From a virus, in the IMG/VR virus record IMGVR_UViG_3300014502_000001, positions 28,772-92,771 of that record: a stretch of 64,000 nt of DNA. One strand, written 5' to 3'. Position 1 is the stretch's first letter. The number at the start of each line of letters is the position of its first letter. Position numbers and translations under genes: made by a program. Below the pieces are notes generated by a model that was not told the DNA's origin, searched no databases, and was given only the letters and a program-made list of their open reading frames with translations. Shown here piece by piece: positions 25,060-33,498 of the stretch.

Positions 25060-26055
25060 TCATTCCTGACCAAGGATGGCGGCTTTGAAGGGAGCGACGA
25101 TTTCGTCCAGCCGCGCGATGGGGAACTCTGCACAATTCACGCCGGTCAGCAAGAAAAACTCTGAGCCGTCCGGGCTGACGAGAAAGCGCAGATCCAGATA
25201 ACTGGTGTATTCGGAATCTTTGAAGAAGAGCCGAACTGCCGCGCTATTGGTACCAGCGTTGGCCTTGAATTTATAGCCAGCGAACCTTTCCTTTAAGCGA
25301 ACGGCCATGGCCTTCACGCTCTCGGCCCGCGCGATCTCGGCGAGATGGTTTTCGATACGGCTGGAAAGCTCGGCCTGGAGTGCGGTGAGCATAGTGCTGA
25401 GCTTAAGAAAGTGGGCGTCATGCTGGCCGACGCGCTGGAAGCCATAGCGCATATCCACTTTTCCACGGTTGCGCCGGGTGGTGGCCGCGACGCTGTACCA
25501 CACATTGGTTTTGACCGTTGTGTCCTTGGCCGTATAGGTGGCCACGAGGGCGACCAGGTCCGCGCTGCTGGCGACCCATTCATCTTCCGTCATGGCGAGC
25601 TTGAATGATAATTCGCTCGGCCCCTGTCCGATGACATGAGTCGTCCACTCGGCCAGCGCCGCGTAAGAGGCTTTGCGCGCCATCAGCTTAGTGGCCGCTT
25701 CGGCGGTGTCCAGCATCAGGAAAAAGTCTTTGGCCTTTTCGATCAGCTCCGTCCAGTCCAGCTCCGCGCCTAAAAACGTTCTCGCGCCTTCGACGAGCTC
25801 CATTAATTCGCGAGTGGCATCGAAGCTGCCCGTGCCATGTTCGGTGGAGCTGTACTTGCCGTCCCAGGATTTTCCGATCACGACGGTGTACTCTTTGCTG
25901 CCGGCCACCGCCATGACCTTAAAGATGGCAGCGGTGCCACGGCGATTTCCCGGCGCTGCCGGTCCGCTCACGATGATGGGCTTGATGGTTTTGAGCGCCG
26001 CGTTCTGAGCAACCGCTTGCTCGGCCTGAGGAGTGTTGAGATTTGAGTTTGTCAT
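25060..26055 (-). CDS. Hypothetical early protein
   Basis: 331-aa ORF with AAGGA RBS. Confidence 0.75.
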   Translation of the reverse strand: MTNSNLNTPQAEQAVAQNAALKTIKPIIVSGPAAPGNRRGTAAIFKVMAVAGSKEYTVVIGKSWDGKYSSTEHGTGSFDATRELMELVEGARTFLGAELDWTELIEKAKDFFLMLDTAEAATKLMARKASYAALAEWTTHVIGQGPSELSFKLAMTEDEWVASSADLVALVATYTAKDTTVKTNVWYSVAATTRRNRGKVDMRYGFQRVGQHDAHFLKLSTMLTALQAELSSRIENHLAEIARAESVKAMAVRLKERFAGYKFKANAGTNSAAVRLFFKDSEYTSYLDLRFLVSPDGSEFFLLTGVNCAEFPIARLDEIVAPFKAAILGQE

Positions 26056-26064
26056 TTTATTCCT

Positions 26065-26256
26065 TTATATTTTTGAAATAGCTTTTTTGGACATCACGTC
26101 GTTGACGAGCTTAGCGCACCGATCGTGGATGCGCCGTACGAAATTTTCCTCGCCCTTGGAGTCGAAATAATCCAGCGGGCGCTGGAGCTGGCCGACCAGG
26201 ATATCCCGTATTACCCGCGCCTCAGCCACGCTCAGGGTCATGCGTTTTGTTCGCAT
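26065..26256 (-). CDS. Hypothetical protein
   Basis: Packed ORF with AAGGA RBS. Confidence 0.55.
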   Translation of the reverse strand: MRTKRMTLSVAEARVIRDILVGQLQRPLDYFDSKGEENFVRRIHDRCAKLVNDVMSKKAISKI

Positions 26257-26257
26257 G

Positions 26258-26446
26258 TTAGTTTCCTTCGATCATGCCGCAGGTGGCCTTGAGAGTAGTG
26301 CGTCCGGGCTCGGGGTGAGCCATCTCATATTTCCTAGCCCGCTCGCAATTCACACAAGGATCAAAGCCGAAGCAGGAATCGCTGCAGTCCACACAGGGGT
26401 GAACGTCCAGCGCCGCCGGAGCCGTTTTCATCGCTTTGGTTTTCAT
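26258..26446 (-). CDS. Small Cys-rich protein
   Basis: First ORF after the promoter; GGGAG RBS; CVDCSDSC..CVNC. Confidence 0.55.
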   Translation of the reverse strand: MKTKAMKTAPAALDVHPCVDCSDSCFGFDPCVNCERARKYEMAHPEPGRTTLKATCGMIEGN

Positions 26447-26467
26447 TTTTCTTTTTCTCCCACCTAT

Positions 26468-26512
26468 ATTATCCTCTTATCAGGCTATGGAGTCAAGTGG
26501 AATCCAGCCTAT
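26468..26512 (-). promoter_or_regulatory. Early promoter TTGACT-17-GATAAT with upstream ATAGGCTGGATTCCAC box
   Basis: 24-bp block ATAGGCTGGAWTCCACTTGACTCC shared (1 mismatch) with the promoter at 30575-30637. Confidence 0.7.
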
Positions 26513-26604
26513 TTAGAAAATAAGGTAAAATACCGAAACAAGCGAAATACAGCCCTTTTGGTGGCCCAAATAACCGCATGGCAGCGCATTTAAGACCATA
26601 TCTT

Positions 26605-27075
26605 TTAGCTCCTCGTGGTATCGGGCGCACTTTTGCTGCGGAGCCTTTTAAGGCCGCAATGCGTATTTGGGTGGCACTGCGTACAGCCCTCTGAAATCAG
26701 ATATAAAGCGCCGCAGTCGATGCACCGCGTCATGTCATTTTTGACAGAAACACGCTCAATGCCAGCCGCCTCCGCCGCTAGCTTTTCCCGTTCAATGCGG
26801 GCGGACTCAGCTCTGGTGATGGCCAGCTTAGCTTCCCTCTCGGCACGAGCCTCGCGCCGCGCCTTGCATTTCTGCCGCTTTTTTTCGCGCTCAGATATGA
26901 CCGCCGCCTTAATCTCCTTTTTGATTGTCAGCCGTTTGCGCTTCAACTCGCGCTCCGCTCGGCGCTCATTGCGACCTTTGATCAGCGCCGCCCGCGCTAT
27001 GTGTCTGCGGAGCAGGTCGGCTTTCTTTGCCTTTATCTGCAGAGCTGTGAGCTGCTTGGCAATTTTGGCTTTCAT
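26605..27075 (-). CDS. Highly basic coiled-coil protein with C-terminal zinc ribbon
   Basis: K/R-rich helix followed by CIDC..CTQC. Confidence 0.65.
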   Translation of the reverse strand: MKAKIAKQLTALQIKAKKADLLRRHIARAALIKGRNERRAERELKRKRLTIKKEIKAAVISEREKKRQKCKARREARAEREAKLAITRAESARIEREKLAAEAAGIERVSVKNDMTRCIDCGALYLISEGCTQCHPNTHCGLKRLRSKSAPDTTRS

Positions 27076-27641
27076 ATTTTCCCATCCATTAAGTCGGCCG
27101 CTAGCTTAGCCATTTTTGCCATGCGGTTTTTGTGGATCTTGGCCAAACAGATATGATCGTAAAGGCGCTTGATGCGACCACCTTCGAGCATTTTTGAGAA
27201 GTCCTCATTGCTCAGCCATTCACGATTCTTTTTGCGCCGCTCGATCTCGCCGAACTTTTTGGAATATGCAGCCAGGAACAACTGCTTGATCTCACAGAAC
27301 TCGGCCACCCGCGCCTTTGCCGCCTTACAGCGTTCTGTGGTGACAGGATTCATTTCCTGCGCCGCACCGCGATCACGCTCAACCTTTATAATAAGGTTGC
27401 TACCATGGTTTGCGCCGCCGCAGTGGCAGTTGCACTTTGGTCCCTGCGCACCCGTACAGCGATCATCACAGGGTGTCAGGAATTGCGTTTCCACTACGCG
27501 CTCGCGCTCGACCTGGCCCATGTAGCTTAGCCGCCCACCGCAGAAAACGCAGGGCTGCTCGTAGAGATACTTTTCCGTGGTCATGACTTCCAAGCAGTCC
27601 AGACACTTGTAGTAATGAAGCTGCCGCACATTATCATTCAT
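27072..27641 (-). CDS. Cys-rich hypothetical protein
   Basis: CLDC, CVFC, CDDRCTGA.GPKCNCHCGGANHG; GAGGT RBS at ATG 27641. Confidence 0.7.
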   Translation of the reverse strand: MNDNVRQLHYYKCLDCLEVMTTEKYLYEQPCVFCGGRLSYMGQVERERVVETQFLTPCDDRCTGAQGPKCNCHCGGANHGSNLIIKVERDRGAAQEMNPVTTERCKAAKARVAEFCEIKQLFLAAYSKKFGEIERRKKNREWLSNEDFSKMLEGGRIKRLYDHICLAKIHKNRMAKMAKLAADLMDGKI

Positions 27642-27648
27642 GGCGACC

Positions 27649-27891
27649 TCAGTTGTCCTTGCTGACCAGCCGCGCCTGGGCCTTAATGCTGACGACGTAG
27701 TCGTCGCCGAATTCCCAGCCACCGAAAGTGTACGGCGACTTCACAGCCACCAGCCAACGAGCAAAAGGATTGCTCAGCTCCTTTTCAGGAGACTGGTACT
27801 TTTTCAGCACCCGCCATTCCCAGCCAGGTGCCACCCAGATCTCATACGGCTTTTCCACAGGCCGCGTTTTAGCACAAAGATTTTTGCTCAC
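27649..27891 (-). CDS. Hypothetical phage protein (WEWRVLKKYQ..ARW.VAVKSP.T...E.GD.Y)
   Basis: GAGGAG RBS, GTG start. Confidence 0.7.
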   Translation of the reverse strand: MSKNLCAKTRPVEKPYEIWVAPGWEWRVLKKYQSPEKELSNPFARWLVAVKSPYTFGGWEFGDDYVVSIKAQARLVSKDN

Positions 27892-28256
27892 AGCGCACTC
27901 CTCTGATTCCCCATAACGGGATTATCATTGCGCCGCGCCGCCGCCTCCGCGTGCGGGATGAGCTGGCGCCAGTAGTGAACCATGCGCCGCTTCACGATTG
28001 CCATCTGTTTAGGACTGAGAGGAGAATCATGCCGACCCGCGCCCGCGCTATTCCAGCGCTGTACCTGTTTAGCAAAGCTGGTGAGGATCTCCGCGTCCGC
28101 TGAGCTAAAGCCCACACCGTTGAGCATGTAGGTGCTCTCGGCGTTTTTCTCCATCAGTGTCTGCTGCTCAAATACGAGCATCAGTGCCCGCACCGCCGCT
28201 TTGTCGTTGGACAGGATTGCGTTCACGATCACCGCCTTCAAATCTTTTTTGGTCAT
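27888..28256 (-). CDS. Hypothetical phage protein (Q.T..E....NGVGF...DA..L.S.A...LSPKQ)
   Basis: AAGGAG RBS; packed. Confidence 0.7.
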   Translation of the reverse strand: MTKKDLKAVIVNAILSNDKAAVRALMLVFEQQTLMEKNAESTYMLNGVGFSSADAEILTSFAKQVQRWNSAGAGRHDSPLSPKQMAIVKRRMVHYWRQLIPHAEAAARRNDNPVMGNQRSAL

Positions 28257-28585
28257 AGCGTTTCTCCTTCATATCTTTTGGTTAGCTCTTTGCGTACCTC
28301 AGCCCATACCGACTGAAATACTTTTGACGAGCAGCAATCGCTGCGCAGCAGAACGTGAGTCAGCTCGTGGGCGATGCTGTCGGTGACGTCCGTCACATTT
28401 TTGTTGTAGCTTAAATTGATGAATATGGAAACAGCCGCGCCGTTGCGTTCCACCGCGCTCCGGATATTTGCCGGCAGCGCCGTGGTGCTTGCGTGAATGG
28501 AAATGACCACGTCTTCGCTCAGGCGCTCTTTTACCATCGTCGCGCAGAGCTCTTGGAGTCGCAGCCATTTAATATTGTTGTTCAT
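28253..28585 (-). CDS. Small HExxH metallopeptidase-like protein
   Basis: IAHELTHV; start at ATG 28585 behind GAGGA. Confidence 0.6.
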   Translation of the reverse strand: MNNNIKWLRLQELCATMVKERLSEDVVISIHASTTALPANIRSAVERNGAAVSIFINLSYNKNVTDVTDSIAHELTHVLLRSDCCSSKVFQSVWAEVRKELTKRYEGETL

Positions 28586-28592
28586 GACGTCC

Positions 28593-29402
28593 TCACTTTC
28601 CGCCGTACCGCACGTTGGCAAAAACATTGTAGTCCGGTCGGCGAGCCGTATCGATTTTTTTCTTATCGGGCCAGCTATTTTTGTCGGGCCAGCTGAACGA
28701 CGGCTTTGGGGTGAAATACTTATTGTCGTCATCCCGGTCCTGACTATATTTGAAATAGGTGGGATGGATGTTGGCCACCGCCGCCGTAACAACCGCGCTT
28801 TTTTTGCAGCCGTGCTGGATCGTATAAAGGCGCGGAAGCCAAGCTAAGCTTGAGAACTTGACTCCATTCCGATTTTCGAACGGCCCGATCAGCCGCATGG
28901 TCTTGACGCTGAAAACTGCCACACGACTTCCATGCGAGCAGTCGTTCAGACCATCAGGGCTCAGCGCTTGGACTAGGGCTAGCACCCGCGAGTCGCTCAT
29001 GGGAAGTTTGTCCACCTTTTCGGCCCACAGCGGTCCGAGATTGTCACCCAGGATTTTCAGCGCCGCGTCCCACTGGACAAAGACGCCGTTATGGAAAAGC
29101 GCCGACTGCGTGCCCTTATAAGATAAAGGTAGTGAGCCGTGCTTGTCGCACAGGTACGGGTGAGTGAGCTCCTGGCAGACGCCGCCGTGAGTGGCCCAGC
29201 GGAAATGAACCACGTGCGGGAAAGGAAGCTTTGCGCCGTAGTAGAATTCCTCAAAGTCCCTGCGCTTCATGAATCCCTTTTGGTAAAGGACTTCATTTCC
29301 TTCCCGCCACGCCGCGCCCGCGCCGTGGGGATTGTTGTCCCAGATGGCCTTGACCTCATCTCGGCTCAACCGCCGCTTTTGGCATACCGCGATAACACAC
29401 AT
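28593..29402 (-). CDS. Class II (Ntn) glutamine amidotransferase
   Basis: N-terminal Cys2, NPHGAG, HFRWATHG, THPY, FHNG, SDSR. Confidence 0.88.
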   Translation of the reverse strand: MCVIAVCQKRRLSRDEVKAIWDNNPHGAGAAWREGNEVLYQKGFMKRRDFEEFYYGAKLPFPHVVHFRWATHGGVCQELTHPYLCDKHGSLPLSYKGTQSALFHNGVFVQWDAALKILGDNLGPLWAEKVDKLPMSDSRVLALVQALSPDGLNDCSHGSRVAVFSVKTMRLIGPFENRNGVKFSSLAWLPRLYTIQHGCKKSAVVTAAVANIHPTYFKYSQDRDDDNKYFTPKPSFSWPDKNSWPDKKKIDTARRPDYNVFANVRYGGK

Positions 29403-29404
29403 AA

Positions 29405-30553
29405 TTATCTCCCTTGGCCGTCACGCGTCAGAGCCGTGATAAGCCTGTTTTGAAATTCGTTGGCCTGAGCCGTCGTGCAAGTACCCATGCGGAAGGCGCG
29501 AGGAACACCAACCGATGCCCGCCCGTCGTTCATATTCCAATAAGCGTTGGCCTGAGAAACCAAATTCATGGATTCGATCGAACCGGGAGTGCCCACAAAC
29601 GTGGTTGCCCAACCGCGATCCTCGCGCAGCCCGAAAAGGTTAAGCTCAAGATTCCTGCTAGGCCGCACCCGCGCTAGCGCCGTGCGCACACGAGTGGCAA
29701 CCGCCGGAAGCCACTCATCGCTGAAATTGACTCGTACCGAATTCGCCTCAGTACCAGGCTCCACGCCCGTAGTGTGGTGCGGTGCGGGCACCGACCAGAG
29801 CGCCATCAGATCCTTACAGCTCCGGTCGGCCAGGTCATCAGCGATGCAGCGGCGGAAGGCGCTCAGGTCAGCCGTGCTGATCCGGGCGATCCGTTTGTAA
29901 TCCGAGTCGGAAGGAGTGGACTCATAAGTGATTTTGTCGTGGACCAAGCACATCCAAAAAATGCGCTTGACCATTTTCAGAACGGTCTCAGCCATTTCCT
30001 TATTCCGCCACAGGTTAGTGGGCGGAACGCGGTACTCAACACCCCAGGTCTGCCGCCGCCACGCGCCGAGGCTGTCATAGCCCGAGCCGCGCCGCGCTGA
30101 GCCAGCCAGATCGCGCAGAGGCTTGCCGATGAAATCGTCCAGCACCTTTACGATCTCATTCATCTGGCCGTCGTTGAGATATACGCTTGTCTCTTCCTTG
30201 AGGCCCAGGTGGATATGGCCACCCAGCGAATATCGATCGCCTCGGATGCTCAGCGTGTAATTGGCATAGCGCCTATTAAAGCCACGCAGCAGCCGCGCAA
30301 AGTCGTGAACCACGCGCCGAGTGGAATGATGAAAACGCGGGCGGAACTCAACCTGGTCGCCGGAGCCGTCCACTCCGATCTGAGCATGGGTGCCGCCGCT
30401 GACCAAACGGCTAGCGCTGACGACCCGCTGACTGGAACGCTCCATCAGCTCAAACTCAGGATCCGCTCCAACCGTAATCTGGCTGGCCGAAAGGCTGCGC
30501 AGCTTAGGAGCCTGGTCCTCCGTCTTCCGAATGTTACGAGTGACTTTTGGCAT
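29405..30553 (-). CDS. Phage COOH-NH2 ligase (phiEco32-type amidoligase, GCS/GS fold)
   Basis: VGADPEF, G.DG...EFRP, GGHIHLG, RR..Y...G.WR...GVEYR.P. Confidence 0.85.
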   Translation of the reverse strand: MPKVTRNIRKTEDQAPKLRSLSASQITVGADPEFELMERSSQRVVSASRLVSGGTHAQIGVDGSGDQVEFRPRFHHSTRRVVHDFARLLRGFNRRYANYTLSIRGDRYSLGGHIHLGLKEETSVYLNDGQMNEIVKVLDDFIGKPLRDLAGSARRGSGYDSLGAWRRQTWGVEYRVPPTNLWRNKEMAETVLKMVKRIFWMCLVHDKITYESTPSDSDYKRIARISTADLSAFRRCIADDLADRSCKDLMALWSVPAPHHTTGVEPGTEANSVRVNFSDEWLPAVATRVRTALARVRPSRNLELNLFGLREDRGWATTFVGTPGSIESMNLVSQANAYWNMNDGRASVGVPRAFRMGTCTTAQANEFQNRLITALTRDGQGR

Positions 30554-30574
30554 TTTCTTTTCCTCCCGAGTATG

Positions 30575-30637
30575 ATTATACTCCGTTATTAACAGGAGTC
30601 AAGTGGATTCCAGCCTATTGGGTGGATTCCAGCCTAT
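30575..30637 (-). promoter_or_regulatory. Early promoter TTGACT-16-TATAAT with two tandem ATAGGCTGGAATCCAC boxes
   Basis: GTGGATTCCAGCCTAT at 30603 and 30622 on the plus strand; GGGAGG RBS before the amidoligase. Confidence 0.8.
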
Positions 30638-30719
30638 ATACTGCTGAAAATAAATGAGATAAAAAGATGTGAAAATTTCACAATTTTACTTGTGAATTTG
30701 GGGAGGAATTCTGTAAATT

Positions 30720-31184
30720 TTAGGCTATATACGGCTGATGATTCTTGCGCCAGACCTTTAGCTTAGTCTGCCATTCGGATTTTTCTTTTCTTCTTTGCCT
30801 GGAACACGAATCTTTTTCAGATAGAAAATTTTTTCTGTAATATGCAGTCAGCAAAGCCTGATAATGTTTCCGACAGTTCTTGCGATTAGCAGTGAACGCT
30901 CCCTGGCCGCCGCTTGTTGAATTGACTAAATTATATCCAAGCTCTATATATTTCTTGATCTGCTCTTTTTCCGTTACACCCCAAACAGCATTAGATTTTA
31001 GCAAACATATTTTAATCTTATGTCCTTTGTCAGTGACTGATCTTATCCACTCATTACAGCTATTCGCGCCCGTCACCAGGATGTGCTGTTTCAGTCTCTC
31101 CTCTAACAATCTGCTGGTCTGTCCAATATATCGCATAGCAGAATTACCAGGCTCTGTGGAATAGAGGAAATAAACTTTGGTCAC
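30720..31184 (-). CDS. GIY-YIG homing endonuclease
   Basis: VYFL...RYIGQT...RLKQH...E...I.....LVNSTSGG. Confidence 0.85.
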   Translation of the reverse strand: MTKVYFLYSTEPGNSAMRYIGQTSRLLEERLKQHILVTGANSCNEWIRSVTDKGHKIKICLLKSNAVWGVTEKEQIKKYIELGYNLVNSTSGGQGAFTANRKNCRKHYQALLTAYYRKNFLSEKDSCSRQRRKEKSEWQTKLKVWRKNHQPYIA

Positions 31185-31233
31185 GATCTGATTATAACTA
31201 TTACACGAATATATTACAACCAGATCGTGACCA
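31178..31233 (-). promoter_or_regulatory. Inverted repeat enclosing a TTGTAA-17-TATAAT promoter and the GIY-YIG start codon
   Basis: TGGTCACGATCTG (31178-31190) and CAGATCGTGACCA (31221-31233) are perfect complements. Confidence 0.65.
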
Positions 31234-31249
31234 GCAAATGGAAGCAGAT

Positions 31250-31504
31250 TCAGCCGCCGACGCGGGCGGAGTGCCTCATATTGTCACGTACCACTGAGAG
31301 AAATCTGTCCAGCTCATTTTTGGCTTTTCTGAGATGGCAGATTGTCTCTTCATAAACCGTTCCAACGCCCACTAGCTTTGCATAGTCCATGCCAAGCTTT
31401 GTTTCCAGTTCTTTGTTGCGCAGCCGCATTTGCTCCAGCGTCTCGTTCACAAAGCGAACCTGCGCCAGCGCAAGCTGCTCCGCCTCAGGCAGCGAGATTG
31501 TCAT
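31250..31504 (-). CDS. Small coiled-coil hypothetical protein
   Basis: GGGGTG RBS; last gene of the late block. Confidence 0.6.
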   Translation of the reverse strand: MTISLPEAEQLALAQVRFVNETLEQMRLRNKELETKLGMDYAKLVGVGTVYEETICHLRKAKNELDRFLSVVRDNMRHSARVGG

Positions 31505-31518
31505 TATTCACCCCTTCA

Positions 31519-32901
31519 TTATTTTCCCGCTAAAGCTTTCAGCACGTTCCACGGATCGCTGTCGGGATTGGCAGCATCACCAGCGAGAGCATTATCGATA
31601 GACTCCCACAGTGGGTCTTTATTCTCGCCGTAGTTGTTGAAGAAGTTGTAATCCTGAATTACTTCGGAAATGAAAATGCTGTACATTTCCTTGGCTTGCG
31701 GAACGGTTGGTCCGGTTGACCAGCCGGAGAAATGACCTTGGGCCAGTGGGTCCTGGCTGTCACCATCAATGCGAATAGGCCAGCCCATTGTTTTAGCCTG
31801 CCCAATCATTTTTCTCAGCGACTCCGGACTGTTGGGCAAATGCCATTCAACGCGCAGTCCGGGATAATCCTTGAACAGCACAGGCATGAACAGGGTCATG
31901 TCATGCGCGCCAGCGGCTGAAATGATAATCTTGTTGTTAGCCGCGCCCGCCGCTGAAACATTCTGCACAAACCATCGCAGAAAATCTCCAAAGATTTTGT
32001 CGTTCTGCTCTTTGGTCTCATAGGATTCTTGGCCACGGCTGACCTCGTTGGTGCTGATCTCGTACTGGACGCCCGAGGAGACAATCCTTTTAGTGATCCA
32101 CTGAAAATAAATACCCATGTATTCTTTCTGGGTTCCGGTGTCCGCGCCGAAGCCACCAAACATGCCGCCCGTATGGATGCGGAGGCCGTGCTTGATGCTG
32201 CCGTCCAGTCCGAAATATTCGCCCGGATCACTAGCGCTCTCAGCACCGATATGCTGATGGCAAACGATCCACGGGTGATGCCTAGAATCCCAAGGAGCGT
32301 TAGGACCTGAGTAATTCAATCCACAAGCGATTGAAACATTGAGCAGGATATCTCGTTCCTTACAGAGCTGAATAAGATAATCCAGCTTGTCGATGAAATT
32401 GGGATCCCAAGGCTCGCCATATTCGTCGGACTGCGCAATCGTAAAGACCGGAAAATGCTCATCACCGAATTTAGGCTCAGTGAAATATCCCACAATCTTA
32501 TAGACTGTATTTTTCCAGCCTTCTACTGGAGCAATGCCCCAGACATCATTCAGCATGATGCGCAAGCGCGAGCCTTTATATTTTACCATCTTGTCCACGT
32601 ATTGTTTCATCTGGGGTTTGCTCCAGGCATAAAGATGATAGGAGTCCAGGCCAATACGAGGAATAGACTGATCTGCTTTTTCAATCGGCGGCGTGGGCGG
32701 AATGACTGAGTGCATTTTGCAGATCTCAGCAGGAGCCGCTTGGTCGGCGGGCGGCTTAGCGTCCTTGTAATATCTGCGATCCGCCTTGTGAGGACAGGCC
32801 GGATTGGACAGGAACAGTGGATTGTCCAGGCAGATGTTCACGACGACCGTGGGACGCTTGGGACAGAACCATCCAAGATGCTTACAGAACCAATTGCTCA
32901 T
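31519..32901 (-). CDS. Putative clan GH-A-like TIM-barrel hydrolase with N-terminal Cys/His domain
   Basis: RLRIML, FIDKLDYLIQLCKERDI..NVS, YEISTNE, EWH, PIRIDGD; N-terminal V.IC....L....CP........P.EIC..H. Confidence 0.5.
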   Translation of the reverse strand: MSNWFCKHLGWFCPKRPTVVVNICLDNPLFLSNPACPHKADRRYYKDAKPPADQAAPAEICKMHSVIPPTPPIEKADQSIPRIGLDSYHLYAWSKPQMKQYVDKMVKYKGSRLRIMLNDVWGIAPVEGWKNTVYKIVGYFTEPKFGDEHFPVFTIAQSDEYGEPWDPNFIDKLDYLIQLCKERDILLNVSIACGLNYSGPNAPWDSRHHPWIVCHQHIGAESASDPGEYFGLDGSIKHGLRIHTGGMFGGFGADTGTQKEYMGIYFQWITKRIVSSGVQYEISTNEVSRGQESYETKEQNDKIFGDFLRWFVQNVSAAGAANNKIIISAAGAHDMTLFMPVLFKDYPGLRVEWHLPNSPESLRKMIGQAKTMGWPIRIDGDSQDPLAQGHFSGWSTGPTVPQAKEMYSIFISEVIQDYNFFNNYGENKDPLWESIDNALAGDAANPDSDPWNVLKALAGK

Positions 32902-32903
32902 TG

Positions 32904-33089
32904 CTATCTCCTATAGGCAAGAAATACTGGAATGATAATCCCGACCACAATAAACAGAACTATGGCCAGGACTCTCCCTGACTGATGTGGCGCTGTTAGC
33001 TCTGAGATAGAGGCATAACACCCTGTCATAGGCAGCAGCACCACCACAGGCCATTTCAATTGCTTGCGCAACTGACTTTTGAATATCAC
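32904..33089 (-). CDS. Small membrane protein with two hydrophobic segments (holin-like)
   Basis: Two hydrophobic stretches and a basic C-terminus; GAGGA RBS. Confidence 0.5.
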   Translation of the reverse strand: MIFKSQLRKQLKWPVVVLLPMTGCYASISELTAPHQSGRVLAIVLFIVVGIIIPVFLAYRR

Positions 33090-33123
33090 TTAGTCCTCTG
33101 ATCTGGAATAATTGTTAGAAGCA

Positions 33124-33153
33124 GGGCTGACAGCCCAACTGGACTGCCAGCCC
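33124..33153 (-). terminator. 13-bp GC-rich stem-loop (terminator or processing site)
   Basis: GGGCUGGCAGUCC-aguu-GGGCUGUCAGCCC; weak U-tract. Confidence 0.5.
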
Positions 33154-33175
33154 CACCATGCGTCGCGCTCTCCCG

Positions 33176-33487
33176 TCAAACGCCCGGTTCGGCAGGAGTG
33201 TTGGCGACGACCGCAGCGGCCAGGTTGTCGGCGGACGTCTTCAAAGAATCAGCGAGAGCCTGAATCTTTGCAGGGTCGTCCTTGATCGCAACCAGCTCGG
33301 TCGCGATTCCTTGAATGAGGACGAGCGCGGACTGCTCAGCGTCTTCATTCGCTTTGACCTGGAGTGTGAGGGCATCGAGTTCCTTGGACATTTGTATCTC
33401 CTTTCGCTGGATGGATTCCAGAATAGCCAAAATCCTGTCCAGCTTATTTTGTGACGCGTCTTCGTGAATATGAATGTGGATATTCAT
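33176..33487 (-). CDS. Small coiled-coil protein with a second in-frame start
   Basis: LDAL..QV....SAL.LI.G....DPA...ALA..L....LAAAV.ANTP; internal AAGGAG RBS before ATG 33391. Confidence 0.75.
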   Translation of the reverse strand: MNIHIHIHEDASQNKLDRILAILESIQRKEIQMSKELDALTLQVKANEDAEQSALVLIQGIATELVAIKDDPAKIQALADSLKTSADNLAAAVVANTPAEPGV

Positions 33488-33498
33488 AGTTGTTCTCC

